From contig CM060732.1 of assembly GCA_030704615.1 (NCBI GenBank), positions 60,016,001-60,080,000 on the forward strand: a stretch of DNA of 64,000 nt. Reading direction: 5' to 3'. The DNA comes from Takakia lepidozioides. Its lineage: Eukaryota; Plantae; Bryophyta. The position numbers and the translations under genes are program-made. The notes below the pieces were generated by a model, which had not been told where the DNA came from, did not search any database, and worked only from the letters and a program-made list of their open reading frames with translations. Positions 1 to 14,237 of this stretch are shown here, one piece after another. Within the stretch, counting starts at the first letter, position 1. Every line of letters starts with the position of its first letter.

Positions 1-204
1 TCGAAAATAAGAAACAAAGTCTCTATAGATGCATTTTCCTTCTAGATGTTGCATGTCTCCATGGATATAGGTGTGCACCCACGGTATTAGGCCCAACATC
101 TTCCACGATTCCATCCGCGGCTGGGCTGGTGTGTGCGTCATGTGGCGTCAGCCTACGTGGCTATGAGCCCATGTGGCGTGAGCGTAGGCTCACGTGAAGG
201 CATC

Positions 205-440
205 CCCCGTAGAGCATGGAACAAACGTTTCAATGTTTTCATCACGACTCATGGCTTAGTACCTAGTGACACAGTCTACAGACCCATATGTGTATTTTTG
301 CAATGATCCAAGACTACTGCTTGCAATTTTTGTTGATGATGGGTTGGTGTTCAACACCAAGGAGAGGTCGGCTGAAGCTATCCTCCACGACATGGGGAAA
401 GCGTTTACCATTACAAGAGGCGCTGCTGAAATCTACGATG
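205..440 (+). mobile_element. Ty1/copia reverse transcriptase remnant
   Basis: Translates RAWNKRFNVFITTHGLVPSD, then (frameshift) DPYVYF...LLAIFVDDGLV...ILHDMGKAFTIT, matching copia RT motifs (RAWNxRF, DPCVY, IYVDD). Short and frameshifted. Confidence 0.75.
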
Positions 441-564
441 TTGCCTTGATAAGTATGCAACTGCAAAAACTACATGACCTTGATCGAAAATGTTGGAGAA
501 GAAAGAACGAAATTACGTGCGCTCAAAATAATGATGGGAAAAAACCACCTCTGACCATAACGTG

Positions 565-722
565 ATGGAACGGTCAGGGCCGGGCCATTCTGCCCCTGAG
601 GTGTCTGGCCGTGAATTTTGGCGAGGCTGGAACCACCTCTGACCATAACGCGATGGCCGGCCTCGCCAAAATTCACGGCCAGGCAGCTCAGGGGCAAAAT
701 GGCTCGGCCCTAACCGTTCCAT
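565..722. repeat. Foldback hairpin with 66-nt arms and 26-nt loop
   Basis: 565-630 is the near-perfect reverse complement of 657-722. The loop 631-656 is a direct copy of 543-568. Confidence 0.9.
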
Positions 723-1409
723 AGTACGATATCCTGCCGGTTGGCAACAAATACAAAATTTAACCCTATGCGGTTATGGACAAATGGAGTTTATGTTAGG
801 ATAGCCTCCGGTGGTTCAATATCCAGTTATCGAACAAATATAATTTTATTTTAATAACATAAAATAGCCCAAACTAAAAATCTAATGTATTAAAAATGCA
901 TGCCCCTCTTAACGTGATGAGTAGAAATGAAATGAAGACACATGACTATGGCCCGCCTCATTTATGTCAAGTGAACGAATAACCGGCTATTATCCAGATT
1001 ATAACCTCTGGTTTTCAATGCTGGATAAGTTATATGGGTTCATAACCTGCTTCTTTTGGCCACTAGTTCCGGTTCAAATCAAATTTAAAAAAATTACAAA
1101 ATCACTGGTTCTCAACCAGATCCAGTTATCTCATCTTCTCAGATCCGGCGATTCTTATCGGAGGCGGATATTTGATTTTTTGACCTCTGGTAGATCCACA
1201 TATATATATCTGGGTTGGGACCCCCTGGGAGTTTGAGGCTGAATCAAATATCCGCGCCGGTCTTCAATTGAAGTCACCATCATCCCCATCACCAAGAGGT
1301 GGTTGGGTAGCGCGTGAGCATGCTCACGTGAGCACAAGCGAATATTAAGGATATTCCCTAGATGCCTTTCGAATATTCTCCAGCGAAACTAAAATTGAGA
1401 AACTAAAAA

Positions 1410-1750
1410 CTTTGCGAAATTTTTTTTAACTGCTCACATAGGCCCTCAAAGCATCACTTAAGAAACTATACACGATAAACATGTTACCCTATAAGCATGG
1501 GGTTTCCTCATGTTATGCGAACCGGATACCCCAGAAAACCCCAAAAAAACAAAAATTGTGGTTTTCAGTCCGGGTATCGACAGTTTAAGCCCTAGAAAAG
1601 TTATTTTCGCACTGAGAAAATAAATCTGAAGGTACTCATATGCACCGTGCTTGTTAACATGTAATTCCTATGACCGCGGTTTGAAAACATTTCACCCCTA
1701 TGACCGCGGGTTGTGCTCACACCATGCTCACAGGATACCAACCCCCCACC
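1410..1750. repeat. Dispersed repeat related to the 34.4-36.0 kb foldback element
   Basis: ttaactgctcacataggccctca...catgttaccctata recurs near 35008-35085. cctatgaccg...gggttgtgctcac...ataccaacccc recurs near 35880-35957 and inverted near 34360-34440. Confidence 0.65.
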
Positions 1751-1837
1751 AAGAGACATCCCACGCCGCGGCCGGGATTGTGTCTTGCCAGCAGAAACGC
1801 AAAGAGGGAAGTTGTTCTCCGAAGTTGTTCTAGTAGT

Positions 1838-2020
1838 GGACAACCAGCATGTAGCCTAGTGGTAATGGTCACATACCACGTTGGATGTGGTTGTGGGTTC
1901 AAACCATCGTCTGGTGTGTCATGAAGGTGTCCACCTTTCAGCTGGAAGATAGTAGCCCTTGTGGTGAAGAGACACCATAACTTATGCTCCCTTCAAGAGG
2001 CGTCTATATATACATATATA
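1838..2020 (+). mobile_element. tRNA-derived SINE, copy 1
   Basis: A-box-like TAGCCTAGTGG, B-box GGTTCAAACC, (TA)n-rich tail, flanked by the direct repeat TTCTAGTAGT (1828-1837 and 2021-2030). Homologous to 48175-48358 and 36278-36399. Confidence 0.85.
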
Positions 2021-2282
2021 TTCTAGTAGTGCGGAGCAACAGGTAGCCCTAGTATAGAATGCAAGAGATTGGTAAGTAGCGGTGAGTTGGTAAGGTGATG
2101 ACATTGTGGCGTTGAGGTGCTCGGTTGATAGGTGGTTCGTGTGACCCGGGAAATGTAACCTTGAGTATGCGTACCTCCAGCTAGTGTAATCGGCTAGTTT
2201 CACCTTGTGTCACTCCTCTTCGTCCATTTCATACTTTGCCAAATTTGGACATTCAAATTTCGAGACCAAGTGTGAGTTACAC

Positions 2283-2520
2283 CAAGTAGAGTTACCCTCC
2301 CTTCCATATAAACCATTGTGACCCGAGTGGAGTTACACTCCCTTCCATGTAGCCCGTGTGACCCGAGTGGAGGTTACACTCCACGCCGTGTCATCTGGTG
2401 TAACCCCGAGTGGAGTTACACTCCCTTCCATGTAACCCCGTGTGACCCGAGTGGAGGTTACACTCCATGCCGTGTCATCTGGTGTAACCCCGAGTGGAGT
2501 TACACTCTCTTCATGTGACC
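2283..2520. repeat. Higher-order minisatellite (40-43 bp units in ~83 bp dimers) with palindromic core
   Basis: Core cccGAGTGgag(g)ttaCACTC at ~2322, 2362, 2405, 2446 and 2489, plus a degenerate copy at 2283. Two spacer types alternate. Confidence 0.9.
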
Positions 2521-4098
2521 GGCGTATCGTCCTGAGAGAGATATGTGTGCATTAAGTTTTCACATTAGTCCTAGTGTTCTCCTTTACTACCTACTTGTGA
2601 TGAAGGGTAAATCAGTTGGACAGTGCAGTATTTCCACATAAGTGATCATGGGTTCAAATCTTACCACCCAATTGTGTGTAGTATTATCGTAGTATCTTCT
2701 CATCCTATGAGCTGTGTATAAATTAAGAGAGAGAGAGATTAGCAAGGCGAGGTGAGGAAGGAGCGTCGCAAAGATGGTGGAAGGAGGGGTACCTAGACAG
2801 CTTCGGCTAGGACTTGTCGAGCAGCAGAGTGTTTGGCTGTCAGACCATTTAATGGAAGACGTGGATGATGGTACCTGAGAGTGAGGCATGGCTGAATCCG
2901 AGAGCGCCAGATGGGGAGTGGTTATTCTTGGACGGAAGAGGATAGGTTGACAGCCATGACACCTTCATGGCGTCACGCAGGAGTCCTTTCCCATAGGTCG
3001 GAGAAGACGGTCTCTGTGATGGCTGTCCAGTTTATACGAGGTACCGTAGCTTGGGAAGGCATAGATTCTTGTCAGCGGGACCTCGAGATACGAACTTCAA
3101 ATAGTAGAAAGAAATCCGTTGATTGCTTGTGGCCCCATCGTAGCTTGCAACCACGTGGATGCGCGCAATGGGATGGCCTGCCAGGCTTGCCCAGCAATCA
3201 AACGCATTCCCTGTACAATCCGAGCACCCAATCCACAAATTTTTTCTTGTCAACTGCAGGAATGAGGCCATGATCTGTTTTCCTGTTCGGCGAGTGAGGC
3301 CAATAACTAGAATCAGTTGCCTCTTGCAGGATGATGTTGCAGTATGTTTGAGAATGTCAAACATGCTGGCCACCCATCTTTCGACTCCAAATATAGCAGG
3401 CAGGGCTGCTACAGCTACCTTTGAGCACCGCCTGGGATTGAATGCTCCATATAACCTTCAGCTTGGTTGTGAAAGATGGATGGATGACGGATCTCTATAT
3501 CTAGACATCGAGGAAAACCGACAATGGAGGTGAGAGCACAAAGTGCTTAACTACAGAGGGGGCCCCACATTTGCACATTGTGTGGAACCGTCATGGAGCG
3601 AGGGAGAAGGGGTGCCAGCTGCAACCTTTTATGAAGCAGCAAAGCCTAGCTGGCCGCAAGGATCGGAAAATCTTTCCTAGGTTCCCCAGCCTCCACGAGA
3701 GTGCCATTCAAGCTGCTCTTATATGCTTCTTCCCTGCCTCCTTTACCCCTAGTAATATCACGGTGCCATCTCCATAGCCTTTTCAGGATTCAAGTTGCGT
3801 ATCCGGCTTTCTTTTTCTTTTACTAGTTCTTCCTGAGAGTAGTTGCAGTGTGTGTTTCTCTTTAACAGGTCTCAGGCGTCAAACTGAGTCCACCAGGTTG
3901 CATTCTGTCTCTTCCAAGCTTGTCTCTGTATGTGTTGAGCCATAAAGCTACAGGCTCAATGTATGATCTATCGAGCTTGGTCTTCAAAGATCTGTGACTT
4001 TCTTTCACCCACTATCAGCCTGATTTTCTGAGCTCCTCAGCTTCGTATCCGTCCATCACAGCAAGAGACGTCAGTTTCAAGACGATTGTCTTCACAGA

Positions 4099-6202
<2,104 letters not shown>

Positions 6203-7660
6203 ATGTATGATCCCTTCATTCTGACCTAATGCTCCAGATGTATGGTATGAACCTGGATCTTGTATGGAGAACTCGGGCGACGGTCTTTTCTTTTACAGGA
6301 TTTATTGATTGTGATAATTTGTGAACTTTGATGACTGATTCACAGCTCAGGAAGATTACAAGACATACGTTGCCCCTTGGTATCTAGCGGTTTTGAGCCT
6401 GCCAACTAGCTTCCGTCTGTTTCTAGCAAAGAATTACGTCCCAGATCAGGACTCTTTTCGCGTACCTACATTTGGTATTAGAACCAATGGTTAGTTAACA
6501 TTATATTGAAATTCCCAGTTGAAAGACATCAATTGAACAGGACACTGTTCAAGGTGGAGATCCCAGCTCCGAACTGAGTCTGATTCATGTACAGATCTCG
6601 ATTGATGTACTGGTTTGCATTCTTAGATTGATCATTGTAGTAAATAAAGATTGAAGGGAAAGACTTCCAATCGAGCTGCGATTGAGGAATTAGCACATGT
6701 GATCTGCTGACGATGAATCTGTTCTTACAAGTTTTGCATATGGATCATCATGGACTTTACATTATGCGTAAACCTCTCTCTACACAACACAACCGATGTT
6801 AATAAAGTCTTCAATACATGCAGTTTGATCTCTCTTGAGCACCTTTGAAAGACTGACAATTCTGGGGTCCCCTATAATCAGATCTGACCCCTCAAAACCC
6901 ATCAGATTTCAGCCAAAAAACACCTGAAATTTCCTCACGTAATACCCCACCTACTCACCGTTGCAAATCTCTAAATTCCATGGATTTAGCCCGTAGCAGA
7001 ATTGTAAGTGAAATCTCGGGCTGCAGATCCTTGACTCTCTCCTCCTGCCAACCCCCACAAAACGGCACTTTACAAACTAACTATAAGCAAAACAACTCTG
7101 AAAATTCTGAAACTTTGCGGGAAGGTGGGTTATATAATGAAGAATGTGCTCGGGCCAAAATTAAACTCAAAGCATCCTTGTGTTTTGAATTTTAGTAAGA
7201 AAACTGCAATGTTCTGCCCCTAAAAAACTGCTGGGGTTGTTTTTGGTCCTCTACTAAATCATTATAATATCCCCAACGCTACGGTGGATTTCTCTGAAAG
7301 TTCTTGACGTGGTAGAGGACCGGGTTAGCTCACATTCTCTACCGTCAGTTTCCATAGATATGACCCTTTGTGTAGCTTGTGCGCAGGTTGATTCACACAG
7401 TCAACAAACAGGAAGGGCGGAAGATGGTGACGACCGGAGCTTCATAGCTACTTGGACTTTGAAGCTCATCTAAGACTATTCATCCTCTTCAGTTATGGCC
7501 GGTTTAGTCATCCATTATTCATCCGTCCAAACATCCTTGACTCTCCCTCTCATCAGAGAGGTGGTGTCCACCTGTCCTGGAAGATCTTCTCTCGCACAAA
7601 TTCATCGCTGTGGGTGCTGCGGGAAATTGGAGGAGATTGGAGCTCTGAGGAAAGGATCCA

Positions 7661-10600
7661 ATGGGTAACATCTTCGCCAAAAAGAAGCCAAAAGTAACGG
7701 ATGTAGATCGCGCAATTTTGTCTCTGAAGACGCAGCGTCGCAAGCTCTCCCAGTATCAGAAACAGGTATAGTAGATTTCTCATAAAAATTTCGCTCTGGT
7801 AGGGTTTCTTCTCTGGGTTATGTACACAATTTTATAGCTGCTTTCAAGAATTTCACGTTCTTGGTGCAAAAACTTGGCCGCTATTTGAGCACATTCTTCG
7901 CAAACTCGATAACATTGACTCCTATTTTGTTCGTTCGGAGCGGAAGCTCATTGGAACCCTTGGAACCCTTGATTCACTATCGGATGTGTTTGGAATTCTT
8001 TTTGAGAGCTTCTCAGTGATGACTGCTAACAGAAAAAAGTGAGTCTGCCACTGGATAGTGTGAGGGATTTGGATAATCATGCTTCAAATACTCATGGTCC
8101 TTCTAGTCAATTGGCTTGCCATTCAAAGGCAGTATGAAATACTCAGATTCATTGGCTGGAGACTCGAGAGACTGATATCCTTAAGGCTGACCTTCCGGGT
8201 ATTTTCCTTCGTCTTCTTCCGATGAATCCGTTTGATGTGTCTTTCTTCATCTTGACAGGGGCTTCAGATTTTTAGGCTCATCCTTCGTTTTTGACATCTA
8301 ATCTTACCGTAAATGAAGATGTGGACTTTTTTCCTTGTGCTGCTATTCGACCAAGCTGGGGATGCCTGTATGATTGCCTTCCTTCCCCTTTCGATTATTA
8401 GGTTCCGGCCTCCCTATGTCCATCCAGAACAAAATTGGCGCACAACCGCAGGTTCTGAGGAATAGCAACCAGTCTTTTGGGAGCTCGTTGTGGAGTTTCT
8501 ATGAATGAGGGTGTCTGTGTGTGGGTGCATCTGTCGGTCTGAAATGGTAGGTCTTGGATTGGACGTCTTAGAGTAGTTGGCAACGCACAGTAAGTGGAAA
8601 ATGAGATTCCAGTACAAGAAATCTGTAGAGCACTAAGGTGGGTATGAAGGAACTGCTTAGCCATTATGGTGTCTCAGGCACCAGGGTGTCAAGTCTCATA
8701 GGGTTATATGTGATGTATTGATGCGCAGCTGGAGACGGTCATAGATAGGGAGAAAGAGGTGGCAAGGGATCTGGTGCGAGAGAAGAAGAAAGAGCGTGCT
8801 CTGCTCACACTGAAGAAGAAAAGAGTGCAAGAGGAGTTGTTGAAGCAAGTGGATGTCTGGCTCTTAAATGTGGAACAGCAGGTGCGGCCCTCCTTTGATT
8901 GACTATTGTTATGACTTCACAGAAAGTAAGACTGAGATTAAAATCCTCTGAGTGCACGCTGCCAAAGAATTGTAATCAGGCCACATTCTTGGCTCATCCA
9001 CTTTATTTGGGTTGATGAATCCCAGTGCAAGAATACTGGATCCTTTATTCGCAATATGGTGTTAAGTGCTTGGATTGTTACGTCTTTATACTCTTGGAAT
9101 TCCTGTGGATGATTCAGGTCAGATGGTTGCCCGCTAATGCATGTCACAGCATGCAGACCTCTAAACTTACAGGTGTGCAAATGTGGGGGGACTTTTAGGG
9201 TAAAACTTTGCGAAATTTACTTCACCCCTAAGACAGGTAGCCGGGTGTTACTGCCAACATCCCAGGGACTTTACTGTGAAGGATCCCATTGATACCCTCT
9301 GCACAATGTGCGAAGTTAAAATTTTCAATATATCCCACTGTGAATGCCGCCTTATGAATGCCTGCGCTAGGTAGAGATGCAAGCCGTCATTCAAAACGTT
9401 GAATTTGCAGACAGATGTGCTTAAAGAAGGTGGATTTTTCAGCTAGCAGCGGTGATCTGAAGCATGAAAGGGCGGATGGGTGGGGCAGCTGACAGACATT
9501 GAAATAGCGAGCAAGCAGAAAGCCATTTTTGATAGTCTGAAGTCAGGGCACAAAGCCATCAAGGAGCTTCAATCCCAAGTCAACATTGAAGATGTGCAGA
9601 AGCTCATGGAGGAGACAGCTGAGGCCAAAGCCTACCAAGATGTATGTTCCTGCCCAACTCTTCTTGCTTATCCAGTGAAGACCAAGGACACTTGTCCTTG
9701 TCGTTGCTATCCAGAATTTGTAAGGGATTATCATGTCTGTCAGGATTGTTCATCCTCATTTATACAATATTAAGTAGCTACCATCTGTAGATGCCTCTTC
9801 TTCATCCTCTCCCTGGTGCACCTGCTTTGACTGGCAATTGGTACCTCAGTAACATGGCAACTGTCCACGGATGTTACACAAAGCTGTGGTACAGAAATAC
9901 AGAAGGGTATGTTGACTTCCTGCACAAAGAATCTGAGGTGAAGGTATCTCTTCTCCCTCTCCGGGCCATGCACTTATTCACACCTGGATTGTTTGCAGGA
10001 AATTAATGCAGTTCTGGGTGAACAACTCTCAGCTGAAGATGAGGAGGCTGTATTGGCTGAGCTTGATGACCTTGAAACACTGGCAAGTTCTTCCCTATCT
10101 TCTCTCTCAGGCCTGATGGACCCTGTTGACCCTAAATTAGCGGTCATTGCTGCTTTCATCTCTAGCTGCCTGGTTGCTCTCCTGCACTCTTCCTCTCTCT
10201 CATCATGGATTGCACAAAATGCCTTTCCACTCCCTTCTTCACAATACATTGAAAACATATCCCATATCAAGTGAGAGCTGACATTTGAAATGTCTGGTAT
10301 CAGATGGCAATGGAAGACATGCCAGAAGCACCTCAACCAGTTGCAGTCACTGAAACTCTAGGGGAGGAAGAAATTACAGAACAACCAGAGGCAGAAAAAG
10401 CTGCGGCAACTAAGCAGCCCATTGCAGAGCTGGCAGAGGGAGTAGCGGTGAAGCCAAACAGACCTGTCACTGATACGGAACCTATTCAAAGTACTGAGCC
10501 TGATGCCCAAATTGAGAAAGATCAGGGCAGAACGGTCTCTGAAAAATTGCAGGAACAAGATGATGATGAAGAAGATGATGAGGTGTTGGATCTCCCGAAC

Positions 10601-10916
10601 GTCCCTACTTCACCTGTTCGCAGGAAAACCAAGGAATCTCCTCAAAAGATCCTGATCAAATCTGAAGGTTTGTCCACACCATGTAACCAAATTGTCATCT
10701 TTGATTCCAAGGAAATTATTTGCAGTTGTGTAGATATAAGTGAGTTTGCAGTGTTTCATGCAATCCTATCAACAGCCCACAAGGAAAGGTCTATCTCCTG
10801 CACTTTAGTTGCATAAACAATTTTTATCAAATGATGTAATGCATGTCTGTTTCACCAGAAGGCTACATATTTCTGCTGTAGGATATCAGAGCTCCCAGGT
10901 TCAACGTAGTACATGA
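7661..10916 (+). CDS. VPS20: ESCRT-III subunit VPS20/CHMP6 (exons 7661-7765, 8729-8881, 9489-9641, 9999-10082, 10304-10667; tentative last exon 10882-10916)
   Basis: Myristoylation-type start [26 protein letters not shown], Snf7 helices, [35 protein letters not shown]2-like LDLPNVPT. Exons are in phase and intron 4 uses a GC donor. The 3' end is uncertain. Confidence 0.9.
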
Positions 10917-12419
10917 CTCCCAAAGAACAAGGTAAGTTGAGCAAATTGTTGAAGGCATGGCAATCTGTCATTTACCAAGCTGAGATGTTTTGGCAAGTTC
11001 AAGTGGATTCACTGGGAGCTGGATTCTGGGTCACCCTGTATGATTGCAGAGTGGGAGGAGGCCTAGATGTCTATCTGCCTGGAAAGTCGATATTCATAAC
11101 TCCTGGAGGGTGGAACAAGATACTCAGACGGTAGCCTTGCATCATAGAGGTTGGGGTCTGAAAGTGGCAACTATGCAATATCTCCTGTACCTGTCTGGGT
11201 CCAACAAAGGTGTTGTGTACAAAATTTGGCTTATGGAACAATGTGTGGCAATCCCATAAATCCGGTGGGTCTCCAGGACCTGGAATTAAATTTGAAAACC
11301 TAGGTGTGCAGGGTGGGCATTGTAAGTCATTTTATGTACTGTAAAGGTGGGGCTGAGGCACGGACCAGTTGTGGTCAAGACTCCCACCCCAATAGCACTG
11401 CACTTCACATGGACTTGGCAACATTCACGTCTGGGTGCAAGGTGATCTGGCTAGCAATTACAGTAGATTTTGTCAACCAGGAAGGATGCGGTAGTGAAAT
11501 TTCTCTTTGAAAGTGTCGTATCATACTCACACATGTGATTTGCAGTTGTTGATTTGTGTGACCTGGCTGGAATTGGAGTTTGTTCATGCCAGTCAAGGTC
11601 CTGGTTCAATTCACACTTCTGATACTAGCTGTTATGAGTACTTAATTATTCCAAATTTACTGCTACTGCATCTGGTATGAATAATGCATTAAAGTTTGTC
11701 TGTGGCCTCATATGAGCTCAATTATGCGAAAAGCTTAGTACCAGCTGGTTCCCAATCATAGTCCAGATCTGCTATTAGCTTTATAACTCAAAAGAACTAC
11801 AAAAAATCGTACAAAGAACATAAAGAGATGTTGAGGGGATGTAAAGAAACCATCAGTGTGCAGAAGCAATTGAACAACGTCCTCATAAGTAATCAAATTA
11901 GCTGCTCATCGAATTCACACATAATTACTCGCCCCATTTCCACCCTTCCCATTGAATCGAAACCAATACCGGTTCTGCCACTACAGTTGTGCCATCACCC
12001 TTAGCTTCATCTACGCATGTGAACCCTGAATCTGTGAAGCTGCTACAGAAATCAGCAACGACTTTACCCACATACAGGACGCTGCTTTTGTTACGTCTTA
12101 GGTCACATAAAGTTGCTACAAATCAGCAACATTAAGTTATCACATACATGTGTCTTCATTGTAACACCCTGCATCTTTGAAGGAGCTCCTCACTATCATC
12201 AAGCAAGCAAGCAAGACATCCTCTGCCGCAAGGAAATCGTCAAAGAAAAGTTTCCACCAAGGTATTGTTTTGATAACTGTTAAGGGTTGAAATGCAAACC
12301 ATATGGTCTATTCTCAAAGCAGATACCTGGAGTAGTTTTGTGAGTTGAAGTGCAAAGGTTGTATTCTAAGAGTTTTCAGTCATGCAGGATGACAGGTTTG
12401 AGTCTGGCACAATCATTTC

Positions 12420-13745
12420 AATCAGGCACCTCCAGCAGGGCCACTGCTTTTCAAAGAGAACCAATACAAAGAGTCAACAAGGACTCTTCTGTCATGATTT
12501 GTGGGGATATGAGGATACTGTAGGGTAGGAGAATTGAAAGAGGTGGTGCACATTTTGAGCCATCAAGATACCTTGGCAGACTCCAATAGTTATGTCTGTC
12601 TCTTGCAGGGGTGCATCAAGATGAAAAGCCTAGCCGAGGGAAAGCTGGTGCATGCCCGCATTGAAAGTGGATTCAAGCCAAATGTCTTTCTCCTCAACAC
12701 CCTCGTCAACATGTATGCCAAGTGTGGGAGGGTGGATGATGCACACTGAGGTTTTGAGAGAATGCCTCAACAAAATATATTTTTGTTGCTTCTCAATGTG
12801 TGCCAACCAGGCAGCCCTTGAAAAGGGCAGAGAGATTCATGCGGACATCAGCAAAGCTGGAATTGTGCCATATGTCATTATGGAGAATGCCCTTGTTGAC
12901 ATGTATGGCAAATGCGGGGAGCATAAAGGAGGCACATCAAGTGTTTGACAATATGGCTCAGCGAAATGTGGTGTCATGGTGTGCGTTGATAGCAGGATAT
13001 GCCCAGCATGGGTTTGGTAGGCAGGCTCTCAAACTGTTGGACTGTATGCGAATGGAAGGCTTGACGCCAAACGGTATCACCTTCATAAGTGTTCAATCTG
13101 CATGCGGACATGTGGGCTTGGTGGATGAAGGCTGTCACTACTGTTTGATGAGTGAAGATCATGGTCTTACTCCTACAGTTGAACATTTCGGCTGCACCTT
13201 CTTGGCCATGCAGGGCAATTAGATGAGGCAGAAGACTTCATTAACAAAATGCCTGCCGAGCCAGGTGCTGGGGTGTCGGGGGCCTTGCTTGGTGCCTGTA
13301 GACTTAATGGAGATGTTTAGCGAGCAGAACCTGCAGCCAAAAGCCTTCTTTAGTGGGATTCTCGGCCCGCTTCTACATATGTGCTGCTATCAAATATCTC
13401 TGCAGCGGCTGGCAGGTGGGACGACAAAGAGAAGTTGAGAAAAATGATGAAGGAGAGAGGTGTCAGGAAGAAGTCAGGGCGCTGCTGCATGGAGCTCAAC
13501 AAGCAGGTGCATACATTCGTTGTGGAAGACAAATTGCATCCACAAATTGAGGAGATCCATGCTGAGCTGAGGGATTGTCTGGGTGATTGATGGAGGGGCG
13601 GGTATGTGCCTGATACACACTTTGTATTGCATGATGTCGAGGAGGAGATAAAGGAAATTTCTCTTGCCACCACTGTGAGAAGCTGGCGATTGCTTTTGGG
13701 CTCATCAGCACTCCCCCTGGAATCCCCATCCCCATCCCCATCCGC
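12420..13745 (+). pseudogene. PLS-E-DYW PPR pseudogene, copy 1
   Basis: YVCLLQGC, LVNMYAKCG, NVVSWCALIAGYAQHG, YVLLSNI...GRWDD, GYVPDTHFVLHDVEEE, then a frameshifted (H)[15 protein letters not shown]. Many stops, frameshifts and deletions, and the DYW domain is truncated at an (atcccc)n run. Confidence 0.9.
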
Positions 13746-13985
13746 ATCATCTGTATCAGCACTACTTAATAATTTCCATACTAGTCCAACAAGTCAAGAT
13801 TTGAGCAAGAACCTGGTGCTTTGACAGTGAATGCATTCAAACATTATGTGACAAAATCGACTGCAGGTATAGACCCTGCAAGCATTATAGTCATGTATCA
13901 ACAGGACCTCCAGGTACTTCTAGTACTTCTAGATTGTGATTTCTCTTTCTCTTCTTTGCTGTTCAAAGTGGTTTCTGGTTGTTAG

Positions 13986-14082
13986 GCCATCACCATCTTT
14001 TCATGGTGACAGCCCCTGCCCCATTATTCACGCAGATGTGAATACGTCCGACATACTCCTGTCTGCAGACTTTCAACCTAAG
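13986..14082 (+). pseudogene. Isolated receptor-like kinase exon remnant
   Basis: FHGDSPCPIIHADVNTSDILLSADFQPK resembles the kinase subdomain VIb consensus PIIHRDVKTSNILL. It is bounded by AG and GT, and the catalytic-loop residues are decayed. Confidence 0.55.
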
Positions 14083-14237
14083 GTGTACGGACTATGCTCT
14101 TTTCTCAGCCTGTGTGCATGCTACCTATTTGTAAAGTTATGTAAAGACCATGGGATACCCAAGCACCACTCAAATGTAGTTGGTAGCTCCCTTGTGCCAC
14201 ATGAATTAACACCGACCATCTTGTAAATCCCAATTTT

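Noticed and set aside
740-1240. hAT-like MITE with repeated ACCGG/ATCCAG motifs (similar region at 35965-36690)
   Set aside because: TIRs and TSDs could not be defined.
1845-1915. Functional tRNA gene (also at 48185 and 34300)
   Set aside because: A and B boxes are present, but there is no convincing cloverleaf. TSDs and tails indicate a SINE.
2283-2520. CRISPR array
   Set aside because: The spacers repeat (A/B/A/B), there are no cas genes, and the context is eukaryotic.
2730-3540. Possible decayed minus-strand ORF (…KKKFVDWVLGLY…RINWTAITE…)
   Set aside because: It has multiple stops and no family can be assigned without a search.
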